64,000 nucleotides of DNA from an uncultured Chloroflexia bacterium (GCA_963828165.1 CAWHDR010000001.1:672001-736000); one strand, 5' to 3'; shown: positions 1 through 10,818, numbered from the stretch's first letter. Numbers and translations: made by a program. The notes: generated by a model from the letters alone, not told the origin.

Positions 1-767
1 GGCTGCCCGTGCAGGGCCATCTCGATCAGGCCGTCGCTCATCGGGCCGTCCAGGCGCAGCGGCGAGTTCGTGTTGATGATCGTGATGAGCGACGGCTCGC
101 GCGCGAGGACGTCGCGGTCGATGCCGCGGATGAGCGTCGCCACCTCGATCGCGTCGTCGACGACCGTGGCGCCCGTGCCGAGGCAATGCCACGTCTTGTC
201 GAGCTCGGTCGCGAACGTCCGGTACTGATCGAGGTGGCGGGTCTCGACCGGCAGGTCGGTCGGTTCCAGCGGGCCGCCACCCTCTTGGTGGAGCACGTCG
301 AGGGCTCCGATGAGTCGCACGTAGTCGACGAAGTCGGCGAAGTTGCCCGGCCGCCGACCGCGGTCGAGGTCGCTCACGAACGCCGGCCCACCGACCGCAC
401 AGAAAACCAGGTTCGTGCCGCCGAAGAGCACGTTGCGCTCGGGGTTCCGCGCGTGCAACCGGAACTCGCGCGGAGCCGCCGCCACGAGGGATTCGACCTG
501 CGCGGGATCGACACGGACCATCCGTGTCGCCCGATCCACCTCCGCTCCGGCCCGGGCGAGCGCGTCCAGCGCCCGGTCTCCAAGAACCTCCATCCCGATC
601 TCGGCAAGGATGCGGAGCGACGCGACGTGAATCGCCTCGACCTGGTCGGCCGAGAGGATCTCGATCGGGCGATACGGGTTGACCAGGCGTCGCCACGGGA
701 GCTGGCGGATCCCGGGCGCAGCGCGCCGCGGTCGACGCCGGGAAGCGTGGGGCTCGGGCACGGTCAT
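1..767 (-). CDS. Trimethylamine methyltransferase (MttB/MtgB) family protein, 5' part (runs off window)
   Basis: Manual minus-strand translation from ATG 767: MTVPEPH...NPYRPIEILSADQVEAIHVASLRILAEIGM...FRLHARNPERN...SDLDRGRRPG...IINTNSPLRLDGPM, typical MttB-family motifs. Not in the ORF track because it is truncated. Confidence 0.9.
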   Translation of the reverse strand, partial: MTVPEPHASRRRPRRAAPGIRQLPWRRLVNPYRPIEILSADQVEAIHVASLRILAEIGMEVLGDRALDALARAGAEVDRATRMVRVDPAQVESLVAAAPREFRLHARNPERNVLFGGTNLVFCAVGGPAFVSDLDRGRRPGNFADFVDYVRLIGALDVLHQEGGGPLEPTDLPVETRHLDQYRTFATELDKTWHCLGTGATVVDDAIEVATLIRGIDRDVLAREPSLITIINTNSPLRLDGPMSDGLIEMALHGQ

Positions 768-895
768 GCGCCTTGATGCTACGCGCGACCACGCCCATTC
801 TCACGCCCGTCTCAGAGGCCGCGGCTTCCATGGCGATCTCGGTGACGCCTCCGGCGACCACCGCCGGAGCGGATCGCACTCGGGAAGGGATCGAC

Positions 896-2086
896 ATGAA
901 GCTGAAGCTGGTCGTGCTGGTCGTGCTCGTGGCGGTCGGCGTCGGGGCGCTGGCCGTCACGTTCGGGGGTTTCGGGACGAACGCGGCTGCCAGCACGCAA
1001 TACCTCACGGCAGCAGCCACGGTGGCTGACGTCACCGACGACGTGGCCGCCACCGGCACCCTTGCCGCGGCGGAGTCGTACGGCCTCCTCTTCGGCGCCG
1101 ACCCGTACCTCGTGGGAGCCGATGATTCGGCGCCCACCAGCGAGGGCACCTGGCCCGTTACCGAGGTCACCGCGAAGGTCGGCGACACCGTGGCAGCAGG
1201 CGACATGCTCGCGACGGCGGACACGAGCGACCTCGAAACGGACCTGGCACGGGCGAGGGCCGACGTCCGGTCCGCCAACATCAATGCCCAGATCGCCAAG
1301 GAAGCGCTCGCGGACGCCCAGGACGCGGATGACGCCGACGCAGAACGGCAGGCGCAGCTCTCGGTCTACAGCGCCCAGAACCAGTACTCCCAGGCCTTCG
1401 AGGCACGGCGGACCATCCAGCAGCAGATCGCGGCGGCGTCGCTGAAGGCGCCGATCGCCGGCGTCGTCACGGCGGTCAACATCCGGGCCGGCTTCGACGC
1501 TCCCGCGGCACCGGCGATCGTGATCGCCTCCACGACGTACCAGGTCACGACGGACGTCGTGGAGAGCGACCTCGCCGGCATCCAGCTCGGCCAGAAGGCG
1601 TCCGTCACGATCGACGCGCTCGAGACCGAGGTCGAGGGAAGCGTCACGGGCATCTCGCCGGTGGCCGGCGACGGTTCGTCGGGCGTCGTGGCCTTCCCGG
1701 TCACGGTCACGTTGGCGAACGCACCCCCGGGCGCCCGGTCAGGGATGAGCGCCGACGTGACCGTCACGATCGCCAGTGCGACCGGGGTGCTGACGGTGCC
1801 GAGCAGCGCGCTGCAGGGCAAGAACGGCGACTACATGGTCATGACCCTCGGCGCCGACGGCACGCCGCAAGCCCAGCCGGTGGAGGTCGGGCTTCTGACG
1901 AGCACGACCGCCGAGATCAGATCCGGGCTGGCCGAAGGCACGGCCGTCGTGACCGGCACGGCGTCCGACCTGATCGGCACCGCTAGCCAGGGAAATGGCC
2001 GGTTCGAGAACGGCGGCATCGCGATCCCGGGCGGCGGCCCGGGCGGCAAGATCCGACCGGACGTCGTCGTGGAAGCCAAGCCATGA
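896..2086 (+). CDS. Efflux periplasmic adaptor / membrane fusion protein (MacA-like)
   Basis: N-terminal TM, lipoyl half-motifs (KVGDTVAAGD, LKAPIAGVV), coiled coil, RSGMSA and EIRSGLAEG; purine-rich RBS before ATG 896. Confidence 0.9.
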   Translation: MKLKLVVLVVLVAVGVGALAVTFGGFGTNAAASTQYLTAAATVADVTDDVAATGTLAAAESYGLLFGADPYLVGADDSAPTSEGTWPVTEVTAKVGDTVAAGDMLATADTSDLETDLARARADVRSANINAQIAKEALADAQDADDADAERQAQLSVYSAQNQYSQAFEARRTIQQQIAAASLKAPIAGVVTAVNIRAGFDAPAAPAIVIASTTYQVTTDVVESDLAGIQLGQKASVTIDALETEVEGSVTGISPVAGDGSSGVVAFPVTVTLANAPPGARSGMSADVTVTIASATGVLTVPSSALQGKNGDYMVMTLGADGTPQAQPVEVGLLTSTTAEIRSGLAEGTAVVTGTASDLIGTASQGNGRFENGGIAIPGGGPGGKIRPDVVVEAKP

Positions 2087-2757
2087 CCACGCCCATCATC
2101 TCACTGGAGCGCGTCAGCCGCGTGTACGACATGGGTCGCGTCGCAGTGCCCGCCCTCGACGACGTCAGCCTGGGTGTCCAGCCCGGCGAGTTCGTCGCGA
2201 TCGTCGGCCCCTCCGGCTCGGGCAAGAGCACGATGATGAACATCCTCGGCTGCCTGGACCGTCCGACCCATGGCGCCTATCGGCTGGCGGGCACGCCGGT
2301 CGCGGACCTCGACGACGACGGCCTGGCGAAGCTCCGCAGCCGGTCCATCGGCTTCATCTTCCAGTCGTACAACCTGCTGCCGCGAACGACCGCCCTGGAT
2401 AACGTGGCCGCGCCGCTGCTGTATCAGGGAGTGGGCCGGGCGGAGCGCCTCCGACGCGCGCGGGCGGCCCTCGAGCGGCTGGGGCTGGGTGATCGAGTGG
2501 ACCACGAGCCCACCGAACTCTCCGGCGGCCAGCAGCAGCGCGTCGCCGTGGCCCGCGCCCTCGTCACCGAGCCTGCGTTGATCCTTGCCGACGAGCCCAC
2601 GGGCAATCTCGACAGCCACGCCGGCGCCGAGGTCATCTCGCTGCTTCAGGAGCTGCATCGCGCGGGCAGGACGATCGTGCTCATCACCCACGACCCGGAT
2701 GTCGCGGCATCCGCGGACCGCCAGGTCCACCTGCTCGACGGACGCATCGCGGCATGA
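2083..2757 (+). CDS. ABC transporter ATP-binding protein (MacB/LolD-like)
   Basis: Walker [17 protein letters not shown] signature, [11 protein letters not shown]. Confidence 0.95.
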   Translation: MTTPIISLERVSRVYDMGRVAVPALDDVSLGVQPGEFVAIVGPSGSGKSTMMNILGCLDRPTHGAYRLAGTPVADLDDDGLAKLRSRSIGFIFQSYNLLPRTTALDNVAAPLLYQGVGRAERLRRARAALERLGLGDRVDHEPTELSGGQQQRVAVARALVTEPALILADEPTGNLDSHAGAEVISLLQELHRAGRTIVLITHDPDVAASADRQVHLLDGRIAA

Positions 2758-3944
2758 GCCCGGTCGAGCTGCTCAGGCTTGCGCTTTCGCGCCTGCGCAC
2801 GAGCCGGTTGCGCGCGGCGCTGACCATGCTCGGGGTCATCATCGGCGTGGCGTCGGTCGTGGCCCTCGTCGGGGTCGGCCAGGGCACGACATCGAACATC
2901 ACCACCAGCCTCGCGAGTCTCGGGACGAACCTGCTCACCATCAGCCCGACGACCCAGGACTCCGACGGCTCGACCAGTCTCAGCCTGGACGACGCGGACG
3001 CCATCGGCGAGCTCGCCTCGGTCGCCGGTGTCGCGCCCGAAGCCTCGACCAACCTGACCGTACGTGCCGGTGACGAGTCGACCGACACCACCATCGTGGG
3101 AACGACGGCCGAGTACGCGACCGTGCGCGCCCACGACGTCTGGCAAGGCACGTTCCTGACCGACGTCAGCGTGGAGCGCGAGCTGCGCGTGGCGGTCCTT
3201 GGGGCCTCGACCGCCGAGACGCTGGAGCTCGATGCCACCGACATCGGGTCGGAGATCGCGATCGGCGGCATCCCGTTCACGCTGATCGGCATCCTCCAGC
3301 CCAAGGGCGGGGCGTCGTTCCAGGATCCCGACGACCAGGTGGTCGTCCCGATCGCGACGGTGCAGAAGTACTTCGTGGGCGGCGACAGCGTTCGGAGCAT
3401 CGGCGTCAGCGTCGCGGCGACGTCCGACATGACGGCCACGAACACGGAGATCGCCGCGCTCCTGCGCGACCGTCATGAGCTCGCCGCGGCCGATGACGCC
3501 GACTTCGACATCTTCGACCAGACCCAGCTGCTGGACGCCGCGTCGTCGATCAGTGGCACGCTCACACTCCTCCTCGGTGGGATCGCATCGATCTCGCTCG
3601 TGGTCGGTGGCATCGGGATCATGAACATCATGCTGGTGTCCGTCCGCGAGCGGACCCGCGAGATCGGCATCCGAAAGGCCATCGGCGCGCGCGGCCGAGA
3701 CATCCTGGCCCAGTTCCTGGTCGAGGCGCTGACCCTGTCGCTGCTCGGCGGCCTGATCGGCATCGCCGTCGGGCTCGGCGTGTCCGCGCTGATCGGGCAG
3801 ATCGCCGGCTGGGGCTTCGTCTTCGATCCGTCGACCCTCGTGGCCGCCGTCCTGTTCAGCCTCCTGGTCGGCGTCGTCTTCGGCGTTTGGCCCGCCCGCC
3901 AGGCGGCGCGTTTGGATCCCATCAGCGCCCTGCGCTACGAATGA
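2754..3944 (+). CDS. ABC transporter permease (MacB/FtsX family)
   Basis: LTMLGVIIGVASV; GGIGIMNIMLVSVRERTREIGIRKAIGA; ends LDPISALRYE. Confidence 0.95.
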   Translation: MSPVELLRLALSRLRTSRLRAALTMLGVIIGVASVVALVGVGQGTTSNITTSLASLGTNLLTISPTTQDSDGSTSLSLDDADAIGELASVAGVAPEASTNLTVRAGDESTDTTIVGTTAEYATVRAHDVWQGTFLTDVSVERELRVAVLGASTAETLELDATDIGSEIAIGGIPFTLIGILQPKGGASFQDPDDQVVVPIATVQKYFVGGDSVRSIGVSVAATSDMTATNTEIAALLRDRHELAAADDADFDIFDQTQLLDAASSISGTLTLLLGGIASISLVVGGIGIMNIMLVSVRERTREIGIRKAIGARGRDILAQFLVEALTLSLLGGLIGIAVGLGVSALIGQIAGWGFVFDPSTLVAAVLFSLLVGVVFGVWPARQAARLDPISALRYE

Positions 3945-3957
3945 AGGAGACCCTCGG

Positions 3958-4521
3958 ATGACCATGGACCCGACGCAGCCAGTCGACCACGAAACCAGCC
4001 CCTCGCCCGCACGGAGCGCGCCCGTGGCTCCCGTCGCTCCGGTCGTGGCCGTATCGCCGCGCGCGAGATCGGGCGGCGTCCTGAACCTGCTGCTCATCGG
4101 CGCCGCGATCGTGGCCGTGGGCGGCGTGGCCTTCGCGATCGGGCGCTCGACCGCGCCTGCCAGCGCCTTCCCGGGCGTCGGTGGCCTGAACGGCGGACCG
4201 ATCGTGCGGGCCGACGGCAGCTTCGATCCGGGCGCCGGCGGACCCGGCGGCATCGTCCTCGACGGCGGTCTGGCGATCGAAGGGACGGTCGCCTCGGTCG
4301 ATGCCGACAGCGTCACGCTGACACTCGACAACGGCGAGGAGATGACCTTCGCCCTCGACGGCGAGACGACGTACCACGAGTCGACCGATGCCACGCCCGC
4401 CGATGTCTCGATCGGTGACAAGGTGTCGATCAAGGTCGACGGCGGCGGGCGGATCCAGCGCGGCGACGGCGCGCCGACGACGCCGGACCTCAGCGCCCGC
4501 GATATCACCGTCGCCCGGTAG
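3958..4521 (+). CDS. Membrane-anchored small beta-domain protein (DUF5666-like) accompanying the exporter
   Basis: RBS AAGGAG; one TM, Gly-rich linker, IEGTVASVDADSVTL OB-like domain. Confidence 0.65.
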   Translation: MTMDPTQPVDHETSPSPARSAPVAPVAPVVAVSPRARSGGVLNLLLIGAAIVAVGGVAFAIGRSTAPASAFPGVGGLNGGPIVRADGSFDPGAGGPGGIVLDGGLAIEGTVASVDADSVTLTLDNGEEMTFALDGETTYHESTDATPADVSIGDKVSIKVDGGGRIQRGDGAPTTPDLSARDITVAR

Positions 4522-4548
4522 CGCCCGACGAGTTGCTAGGCTCATCAC

Positions 4549-5226
4549 ATGCATCTGCTCGTCATCGAGGACGATCCACGCCTCGGGCGCCTGCTCAAGC
4601 GCCTGCTCGAGGACGACCGGCACGTGGTCGAGCTCGCCACCGATGGCGAAAGCGGTCTCGAGATCGCCGAGGATGCCCCCGGCATCGAATGCGTGATCCT
4701 CGACATCGGCCTGCCCGACATCAGTGGACTCGAGGTCGCCCGGCGGCTGCGCGCAGCGGGCTCCGCCGTGACGATCCTCATGCTCACCGCTCGTGACACG
4801 GTCGGCGACCGGGTCACCGGGCTCGATGCCGGGGCCGACGACTATCTCGTCAAGCCTTTTGCCTTCGAGGAGCTGTCTGCCCGGCTGCGTGCGCTGTCAC
4901 GCCGTGGTGCCCCGGCGGGTCGGCGGACCGCGCCGAAGATCGTCGTGGGTCCGATCACCCTCGACGAGACCGCGCGTCGGGTGACCGTCGAAGGCGCGAG
5001 CGTCGAGCTCAGCCCGCGCGAGTTCTCGCTGCTCGAGTGCCTGCTGCGACACCCCGGCCAGACCCTGACGCGCGACCAGCTGCTGGACCAGGCGTGGCCG
5101 TTCGGTGTCGCGGTGACCCCGAATGCGGTCGACGCGTACATCCACTACCTGCGCGACAAGCTCGGGTCGGCCGGACGTTTCATCCAGACGGTCCGCGGCG
5201 TGGGGTACCGCCTCGCCGATGCCTGA
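4549..5226 (+). CDS. OmpR-family response regulator
   Basis: Receiver motifs IEDD, ILDIGLP, GADDYLVKPF; winged helix ending IQTVRGVGY. Confidence 0.95.
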   Translation: MHLLVIEDDPRLGRLLKRLLEDDRHVVELATDGESGLEIAEDAPGIECVILDIGLPDISGLEVARRLRAAGSAVTILMLTARDTVGDRVTGLDAGADDYLVKPFAFEELSARLRALSRRGAPAGRRTAPKIVVGPITLDETARRVTVEGASVELSPREFSLLECLLRHPGQTLTRDQLLDQAWPFGVAVTPNAVDAYIHYLRDKLGSAGRFIQTVRGVGYRLADA

Positions 5227-6637
5227 CGGCGCGGTCGCCGGGGCGCCCCTTGCCGATCCGCCGTCGGAGGTCACCCCCACGGAGGCCCGGCTCCTCCGCA
5301 GCGTCCGGATCAACCTCGCGCTCTGGAGCGGTGGCATCACGCTGGCGGTCCTGCTCGTGCTCGGTACGGTCCTCTACCTCGCGGTCGAGCGTTCGCTGGG
5401 GGCGACGGGCACGGCACAGCTCGTGGATGAGGCGAACCGGCTCACCGGCGGCCGACGCGATCCGGGCGGAGATCCGCCACAGGGTGGGCTGAGCTTCGGT
5501 GGCCCCAGTTCCGGGACCTTCACGATGGTCCTGGACGACGATGGGCGACCAGTCCGACCCGTCCCGGCCGGCCTGCCCGTGGCCGAATCGTTCCAGGCCG
5601 CCAAGGCTACGGGCGACCGCGACATCCGCTCAGCCACGATCTCGTCGACGAGGTTGACCGCGTTCGTGCCCGGGACCGCGGATGGGCCACCCGACGAGTT
5701 CAACGAGACGACGTTCACGACGCCCGTCCGCGTCCTTACCGACCCTGTCCGCTTCCGTGGCCAATCCTTCTACCTCCAGGTAGTCGGCGACCGCACGACC
5801 GAGGAGCGCACCCTCCGGATCCTCATCGTCGTCCTCGTAGTCGGTGGGCTGGCGGCGCTGCTCGCGGCTTCGGGCGTCGGGGCGGCGTACGCGCAACGCG
5901 CCCTGGTCCCCATCCGCCGCTCGCTCATCGACCAGCGGGAGGCGCTGCGTCGACAACGGGAATTCGCCGCCGATGCATCGCACGAGCTGCGGACCCCGCT
6001 GACCGTGATCCGGGCCAGCGTCGACGACCTGGGCCGCCACGCATCGGAGCCGGTTGCCAGCGTGGGCAGCGCCCTGACCGACATCCGCGATGAGGTCGAT
6101 CACCTGACGGCCATGGTGGACGACCTGCTGTTGCTGGCCCGCTCCGACTCTGGGGCCGTCGCGCTCGAGCGCGTCCCTCTCGACCTCGGCGACATCGCGT
6201 CGACCGCGGCGGTGGCGCTCTCGAGGCCGGCCACGGACCGCGGTGTGGAGGTGCTCGTCGACCCGCAGCCGACCGAGCTCCGCGGCGATCCGGCGCGCCT
6301 CCGCCAGCTCGTCATGATCCTTATCGACAATGCCATCCGCCACTCGCCCAGCGGCGGCCGGGTGCTGGTCCGGGTCCGGACCGAGGGGCCGGACGCGATC
6401 CTCGTCGTGGAAGACGAGGGGCCCGGGATCCGTGACGAGGACCTGCCGCGGCTCTTCGACCGCTTCTACCGCGCGGCAGGCGCGCCGGGTGGCGGCACCG
6501 GGCTGGGTCTTGCGATCGCCGCCTGGATCGCGGAACGCCACGGCGGCCGTGTCTTGGCCGCCAATCGCCCGGAGCAGGGCGCCCGCTTCACGGTCAGGCT
6601 CCCGCTGGCCCGTCCGGAGGCGGCCACCACCGCCTAG
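5219..6637 (+). CDS. Sensor histidine kinase
   Basis: Two TMs, H-box ASHELRTPL, N-box LIDNAIRH, G-boxes DEGPGI and GTGLGL; ATG 5219 overlaps the regulator stop. Confidence 0.95.
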   Translation: MPDGAVAGAPLADPPSEVTPTEARLLRSVRINLALWSGGITLAVLLVLGTVLYLAVERSLGATGTAQLVDEANRLTGGRRDPGGDPPQGGLSFGGPSSGTFTMVLDDDGRPVRPVPAGLPVAESFQAAKATGDRDIRSATISSTRLTAFVPGTADGPPDEFNETTFTTPVRVLTDPVRFRGQSFYLQVVGDRTTEERTLRILIVVLVVGGLAALLAASGVGAAYAQRALVPIRRSLIDQREALRRQREFAADASHELRTPLTVIRASVDDLGRHASEPVASVGSALTDIRDEVDHLTAMVDDLLLLARSDSGAVALERVPLDLGDIASTAAVALSRPATDRGVEVLVDPQPTELRGDPARLRQLVMILIDNAIRHSPSGGRVLVRVRTEGPDAILVVEDEGPGIRDEDLPRLFDRFYRAAGAPGGGTGLGLAIAAWIAERHGGRVLAANRPEQGARFTVRLPLARPEAATTA

Positions 6638-6647
6638 ACTTTCGACG

Positions 6648-8660
6648 GTGAGGTCGACGTCGAAACGCGATGCCCGCTGGCCCATCTTCGGGCGGGATGG
6701 CGACGGCGTCGCATGGCGGCCCGATCCGGCCGCCGCCAGGGCCTCCCGTCTGGCCGGGTTCCTGCGCGCCACCGGCGAGCGTTCTCTCGACAAGCTGCAG
6801 GCGCGCGCCGTCGCGGATCCCGGCTGGTTCTGGGGCGCAGCCGCCGAGGACATCGGCGTCGCCTGGGCACGTCACCCAGCGACGGTCGTGGACCTGTCGG
6901 ACGGTCCCGCGTGGGCACGTTGGTGGATCGGCGGATCGTTCGATTGGTCGTGGGCGGCGACCGGTCCGAGGGCGGCTCATGACCCCGACGGGCGGGCGAT
7001 CAGCTGGGAGGGCGAGGACGGCACGATCAGGGAGCTGACGAACGCCCAGCTCGCGGCCGATGTGGAGGCGGCCGCCCGTCGGCTGACCGAGCTCGGGGTC
7101 GGGCCTGGTGACCGGGTCGGCATCCTGCTCCCGATGCTGCCCGAGACCGTCGTGGCGGTCCTGGCGATCTCCCGGCTCGGCGCGATCTTCACCCCGATCT
7201 TCTCGGGCTACGCCGCTCCTGCGATCGCCGCGCGCCTGGTCGACTGTGAAGCGACACTCCTGATCACCGCGGATGGCTTCCTGCGACGTGGCGCGTGGGT
7301 CGATCTCAAGAGCGTCGCCGATGCGGCCGTGGCAGCGGCGCCGTCCGTCAAGCGGGTGATGGTCGTCCCACGCGCCGGCGAGGCCCTCGACGTTCCATGG
7401 ACGGTCGGGCGGGACGAGTGGTGGGGCATGCCGTCTGCCCTGGACGACGAGCCGGCTGGCCCCGGGCTCGTCGGCCGCGATCCCGAGACGCCCTACATGA
7501 TCATCTACACGTCCGGGACGACCGGCCGGCCGAAGGGCGCCGTCCACGTGCACGGCGGCTTCCCGATCAAGGCCGCCCAGGATCTCGCCCACACCTTCGA
7601 CCTGACCGACGGCGACGCCCTGTTCTGGTTCACTGATCTCGGCTGGATGATGGGGCCGTGGGCCATCGCCGGGTCGTTGCTGCTGGGCGCTCGCCTCGTC
7701 ATCTACGAGGGTGCTCCGGATCATCCCGGCCCGGATCGGCTCTGGGAGATCGTGGCGCGGCACCGCGTGACGCATCTCGGGCTGTCGCCGACGGTCATCC
7801 GCGCCGTGATGGCCCACGGCGAGGCGCCGGTCCGTGGCCACGACCGCTCGTCGCTCCGCGTCCTCGGCTCGACTGGTGAGCCATGGAACCCCGAGCCGTG
7901 GTGGTGGTACTTCCGCGAGGTGGGTGAGGGCCGCTGCCCGATCATCAACTACTCGGGCGGCACGGAGGTGTCCGGCGGGATCGTCGGCGGCAATGTCATC
8001 GGGCCGATCAAGCCGGCGAGCTTCTCGGGCCCGTGCATCGGGACCGCGGCGGATGTCGTCGACGAGACCGGGGCTCCGGTCCGGGGCGCTGTCGGCGAGC
8101 TCGTCATCCGGACGCCGCTGCCCGGCATGACCCGCGGCTTCTGGAACGACCGCTCGCGGTACGAGGAAACGTATTGGTCGCGCTGGCCCGGGACCTGGGC
8201 GCACGGCGACTGGGCATCGATCGACCGCGACGGCTTCTGGTACATCCACGGCCGCTCGGACGACACGCTCAAGGTCGCCGGCAAGCGCGTCGGGCCGGCC
8301 GAGGTCGAAAGCGCCGCCGTGTCCCATCGGTCGGTGCTGGAGGCGGCGGCCATCGGCGTGCCGCACGAGATCAAAGGGGAAGCGATCGTCGTGGTCTGCG
8401 TCCTGCGACCCGGAGAGACGGACGAAGACGCGCTGCGGAGCGACATCGCCGCGACGATCGCGGCCGAGCTGGGCAAGCCGCTCAAGCCTGAGATCGTGGC
8501 CGTCGTCCGCGCGTTGCCCAAGACTCGCTCGGGCAAGGTCATGCGCCGGGTGATCCGCGCGGCCTGGCTCGGCGAGGACCCGGGCGACCTTTCGGCACTG
8601 GACGATCCGGCTGCGGTGGCGGCGATCCGTGCAATGCGTCATCACCCGGGGGTGGGCTAA
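6648..8660 (+). CDS. AMP-forming acyl-CoA synthetase (acetate--CoA ligase family)
   Basis: YTSGTTGRPKG AMP-binding motif, GSTGEPWN, GRSDD, LPKTRSGKVMRR; GTG start 7 nt after a TAGACT -10-like hexamer. Confidence 0.92.
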   Translation: MRSTSKRDARWPIFGRDGDGVAWRPDPAAARASRLAGFLRATGERSLDKLQARAVADPGWFWGAAAEDIGVAWARHPATVVDLSDGPAWARWWIGGSFDWSWAATGPRAAHDPDGRAISWEGEDGTIRELTNAQLAADVEAAARRLTELGVGPGDRVGILLPMLPETVVAVLAISRLGAIFTPIFSGYAAPAIAARLVDCEATLLITADGFLRRGAWVDLKSVADAAVAAAPSVKRVMVVPRAGEALDVPWTVGRDEWWGMPSALDDEPAGPGLVGRDPETPYMIIYTSGTTGRPKGAVHVHGGFPIKAAQDLAHTFDLTDGDALFWFTDLGWMMGPWAIAGSLLLGARLVIYEGAPDHPGPDRLWEIVARHRVTHLGLSPTVIRAVMAHGEAPVRGHDRSSLRVLGSTGEPWNPEPWWWYFREVGEGRCPIINYSGGTEVSGGIVGGNVIGPIKPASFSGPCIGTAADVVDETGAPVRGAVGELVIRTPLPGMTRGFWNDRSRYEETYWSRWPGTWAHGDWASIDRDGFWYIHGRSDDTLKVAGKRVGPAEVESAAVSHRSVLEAAAIGVPHEIKGEAIVVVCVLRPGETDEDALRSDIAATIAAELGKPLKPEIVAVVRALPKTRSGKVMRRVIRAAWLGEDPGDLSALDDPAAVAAIRAMRHHPGVG

Positions 8661-8715
8661 GGTAACGAGGCTTCCGCAACCGGCGGCACTCCGGGATTCG
8701 CACGAGGAGCAGCCC

Positions 8716-10818
8716 TTGCGCCGTCTGCTGACGCTCTCGATGGCCACCGTGCTCAGCCTATCGACGGTCTCCGTCGCGCTCGGTGCGGACCCCGGAGAGC
8801 TTCGAGAGCGCGACGCGGCCAAGGAGGGCCGAGCCCGGGCGGCAGAGGTCCTGGGACACAAGTCGGCTGACCTCCGTGCTCTCACGTACGACGAGCCCAT
8901 CACATCCGTCGGCGGGCGACGTTACTGGACCGGACTGTTCCGAGGGCCAGGTGATGAGCAAGCGTTCGTCGCGGTGGACCTCGCGTCCGGCGAGACCCTC
9001 GACGCCGCCGCCTACCAGGCGAAGGTCGAGCGGGCCATCAGTCGCGAGCCGAAGGTGACGCCGCCGGCCCGCTCGCGCATCGACCAGGCGAAGCGCGCCG
9101 GCGCCTCCCCGCTGCTGGCCTACGTCCTGGCACCCGTGGACTACGCCCCCGCGGTCCGGGCCGTGAAAGCCGCGCACCCCGAGGTCGAGTGGGATGGCGA
9201 TCGCCCGGTCGGAGACGATCTCGAGGTCCTCTCTGCGGTGAGCCAGGAGCTCATCCGCGCGAAGGTCAAGCTCGTGGCCAAACAACGAGGCCCGTTCATC
9301 GAGGAGGCGCAGCGCCGTGGGGCGAGCGACGTGGTGTCGCTGGATCTCGCGCCGATGGTCTTCGCACGGGTTCCGTCCGCGCAGGCCGATGCCCTCGCCG
9401 AGCACGAGTCCGTCCGCCAGGTCCGTGCGCCCGCCGGCTGGGAGCCCACCATGAACACGGCCCACAACGCGGTCGGGGCCAACTGGACCGACAGCAAGGG
9501 CTACACCGGCGGCGGCGTGGTCGTCGGCGTCGTCGAGTACGCACGCGTCGACTACTCGCGCCCGGGGCTTGGGGGCACCCGCCTCGACAGCTACCGGGTC
9601 AGCTCGACCGGACAGTCCTGCGTCCATGCGCGCGGGACCTACAACAACGCCGCGGCCACCAGCCACGTCAGCTGGGCCACGGCCATCGCCGTCGGGCGCG
9701 GCACGACGTACAAGGGCATCGCCAACGCCGCCCGGGTCGTCGACGTGTCGGCCGACTTCAATCCGACGTCGGATGCCGCAGATCCCCGGATCCTCAAGGC
9801 GGTCGACTGCGCGATCGTCGAGGGTGGCGCACACCTCGTCACGATGTCCCTCGTCCAGAACGACGCCAGTCGATTCTCGACCTCGAACGCCTACTTCGAT
9901 GCCGTCGTGTGGGACCACCATCGACTCATCGTCGGCAATGGCGGGAACAATTACGCCGAGTCGAACTCGCACTGCCCGGGGAGCACGGAGCGCGTCCGGA
10001 GCCCGGGGTCAGCATGGAATGTGCTGACGGTCGGCGGGACGTCGAACGACGCGACAAAGCTGTGGTATCGCGGGAGCGGGTCGGAGCCGTCGTATTGCTG
10101 GGAAGATCCACCCGGGCACGCGGGCGACGTCAATGATCGGATCAAGCCCGAGATCGTCGCCCCGGCCCAGAACGTCAGCACCTACTTCTTCAACGGAAGC
10201 GGCGTCTCGGCGTCCACGCCGATGGTCGCGGGCATCGCCGCGGCCCTGCTCGACCAGCGCCCGTCGCTGCTCAACTTCCCCGAACAGATGAAGGCGGTCC
10301 TGCTGGCTGGTTCGCACGCGCGCCACTCGCTCACGCCAGGCGGCAACCGCAGCGTCAGCGCGGAAGGACTCGGGACCGCCTCTGCGAAGTGGGCGAGCCG
10401 GGTAGCGGCGAAGGACACGTCGATCGACACCGGCGGATATGGCGGGATGACCTTCACGGGCATCGAGGACGGCGGCTGCCGGAGGATCGCGCCATCCCAG
10501 ACGATCCACTTCGAGGTGCCGTATGCATCCCGCAAGGTGCGCTTCGTGATCGACTGGATGGCGCACACCGGGAACGCCAACCCGAGCTCCGGTTCGACGT
10601 TCTCGCAGCGCTACGCAGACTTCAACCTCAAGGTGCGGAAGGGCGCGACCACGGTCGGCCTTTCGACGCGCAGCGCTTCCAACGTCGAGTGGGTCGACTT
10701 CACCGGCGCGGCCCTTGGCCCGGGCACCTACACGGCGGTCGTCAGCCCGGTCCGCTGGGGATGTTCGGTAACGACCGAGCCCGTGGGCTGGGCGTGGGTC
10801 AGCTTCACGACGCCGTAG
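8716..10818 (+). CDS. Secreted S8 (subtilase) family serine peptidase with atypical catalytic motifs
   Basis: RBS GAGGAG + TTG, signal peptide, prodomain, GYTGGGVVVGVVE, SHVSW, GNGGN, SPGSAWNVLTVG, IKPEIVAP, GVSASTPMVAG; C-terminal beta-rich domain. Confidence 0.85.
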   Translation: MRRLLTLSMATVLSLSTVSVALGADPGELRERDAAKEGRARAAEVLGHKSADLRALTYDEPITSVGGRRYWTGLFRGPGDEQAFVAVDLASGETLDAAAYQAKVERAISREPKVTPPARSRIDQAKRAGASPLLAYVLAPVDYAPAVRAVKAAHPEVEWDGDRPVGDDLEVLSAVSQELIRAKVKLVAKQRGPFIEEAQRRGASDVVSLDLAPMVFARVPSAQADALAEHESVRQVRAPAGWEPTMNTAHNAVGANWTDSKGYTGGGVVVGVVEYARVDYSRPGLGGTRLDSYRVSSTGQSCVHARGTYNNAAATSHVSWATAIAVGRGTTYKGIANAARVVDVSADFNPTSDAADPRILKAVDCAIVEGGAHLVTMSLVQNDASRFSTSNAYFDAVVWDHHRLIVGNGGNNYAESNSHCPGSTERVRSPGSAWNVLTVGGTSNDATKLWYRGSGSEPSYCWEDPPGHAGDVNDRIKPEIVAPAQNVSTYFFNGSGVSASTPMVAGIAAALLDQRPSLLNFPEQMKAVLLAGSHARHSLTPGGNRSVSAEGLGTASAKWASRVAAKDTSIDTGGYGGMTFTGIEDGGCRRIAPSQTIHFEVPYASRKVRFVIDWMAHTGNANPSSGSTFSQRYADFNLKVRKGATTVGLSTRSASNVEWVDFTGAALGPGTYTAVVSPVRWGCSVTTEPVGWAWVSFTTP

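Noticed and set aside
9-776. 255-aa plus-strand ORF
   Set aside because: Antisense shadow of the MttB-family gene on the minus strand.
896-6637. MacAB-like exporter lacking TolC as a novelty
   Set aside because: TolC-less MacAB plus a two-component system is ordinary in monoderm bacteria.
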